5,329 nucleotides of DNA from an archaeon (GTDB lineage: Archaea > Iainarchaeota > Iainarchaeia > Iainarchaeales > CSSED10-239). Position numbers and translations under genes: made by a program. This document shows, one piece after another, positions 4,904 through 5,329 of this stretch. The notes below the pieces were generated by a model. The model had not been told where the DNA came from, did no database searches, and saw only the letters and a list, made by a program, of their open reading frames with translations. Positions within the stretch are counted from its first letter, which is position 1, and every line of letters starts with the position of its first letter. The stretch lies in NCBI GenBank assembly GCA_035387745.1, contig DAOOON010000025.1:1-5329 (forward strand), read 5' to 3'.

Positions 4904-5329
4904 TTATTTGTGATGCATCTTCCTATTCTGCCTCATTCTGTCTATTGTGCTAACTTCTTCGTCTCTTATACTATATCCTGTGATTTTAATAAATGCTTCT
5001 TCTAAAGTATTTGTTTTTGTTTTCTTAATCAATTCTTTACTTGTTCCAATATCTATTATCTTTCCGTAATCTATTATTGCAATACTGTCTGCATACCTTT
5101 CTGCTTCATCCATATAATGTGTTGTAAAGAATATTGTTGTGCCTTCTCTTTTGTTTACTTTCTTAATATAATCCCAAATGTGGTTTCTAGTCTGGGGGTC
5201 AAGACCAACTGTTGGCTCATCAAGGAACAAAACTTTTGGATAATGTAATAAACCTCTTGCAATTTCTAGTCTTCTTTTCATCCCACCAGAGAAGTTCTTA
5301 ACAAGTTCGTTTTTTCTATCCCAAAGCTC
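4904..5329 (-). CDS. ABC transporter ATP-binding protein (ABC-2/DrrA-like), C-terminal 141 aa; the N-terminus lies beyond the right window edge
   Basis: The frame is open to the window edge: ELWDRKNELVKNFSGGMKRRLEIARGLLHYPKVLFLDEPTVGLDPQTR...FFTTHYMDEAERYAD. It contains the signature motif (FSGGMKRR), Walker B (VLFLDEPT), D-loop (GLD) and H-loop (TTHYMDE). The Met at 5281 listed in the ORF track is internal, not the start. Confidence 0.9.
   Translation of the reverse strand, partial: ELWDRKNELVKNFSGGMKRRLEIARGLLHYPKVLFLDEPTVGLDPQTRNHIWDYIKKVNKREGTTIFFTTHYMDEAERYADSIAIIDYGKIIDIGTSKELIKKTKTNTLEEAFIKITGYSIRDEEVSTIDRMRQNRKMHHK

Noticed and set aside
1-5329. Possible alternative genetic code (UGA = Gly, code 25), because SR1/Absconditabacteria and Gracilibacteria also carry form II/III RuBisCO
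   Set aside because: All recognisable genes are full length and collinear with homologues under the standard code. RuBisCO has several dozen Gly codons and no in-frame TGA. Three genes end in TGA, and reading through gives either an immediate TAA (134-aa ORF, Nudix) or a short meaningless extension (240-aa ORF: GFKIKNNPQIP then stop). The standard code 11 fits.

Overview
AT-rich (about one-third G+C by eye), densely coding window with no rRNA, tRNA, CRISPR array, transposase or long repeat that I can see. It reads like a small-genome uncultivated lineage, a CPR bacterium or a DPANN-type or methanogen-related archaeon; the sequence alone does not settle which. Seven genes are supported. (1) A near-complete RuBisCO large subunit on the minus strand (1..1394). 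It is missing from the supplied ORF track because it runs off the left edge. It is collinear with form II RuBisCO, keeps all catalytic motifs, and carries a 29-aa Lys/Asp-rich insertion just before the PIISGG motif, which is the hallmark of the form II/III enzymes of the nucleotide (AMP) salvage pathway. (2) A 298-aa protein with two tandem Nudix domains, divergently transcribed across a 76-bp AT-rich spacer (1471..2367, +). (3, 4) A tightly coupled pair of lysine-rich genes of unknown function (3104..3508 and 2375..3097, -). (5) A HAM1/ITPA-type inosine/xanthosine triphosphate pyrophosphatase (3573..4130, -). (6, 7) An ABC-2 exporter permease (4142..4888, -) and the C-terminal part of its ATPase (4904..5329, -, runs off the right edge), apparently co-operonic with the ITPase. 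The most interesting aspects are the form II/III RuBisCO, its head-to-head pairing with a double Nudix hydrolase (a possible feeder of AMP or ribose-1,5-bisphosphate), the clustering of three nucleotide-pyrophosphohydrolase or salvage functions, and the unrecognisable two-gene cassette among them. All functional links beyond motif recognition are inference; I ran no database search.
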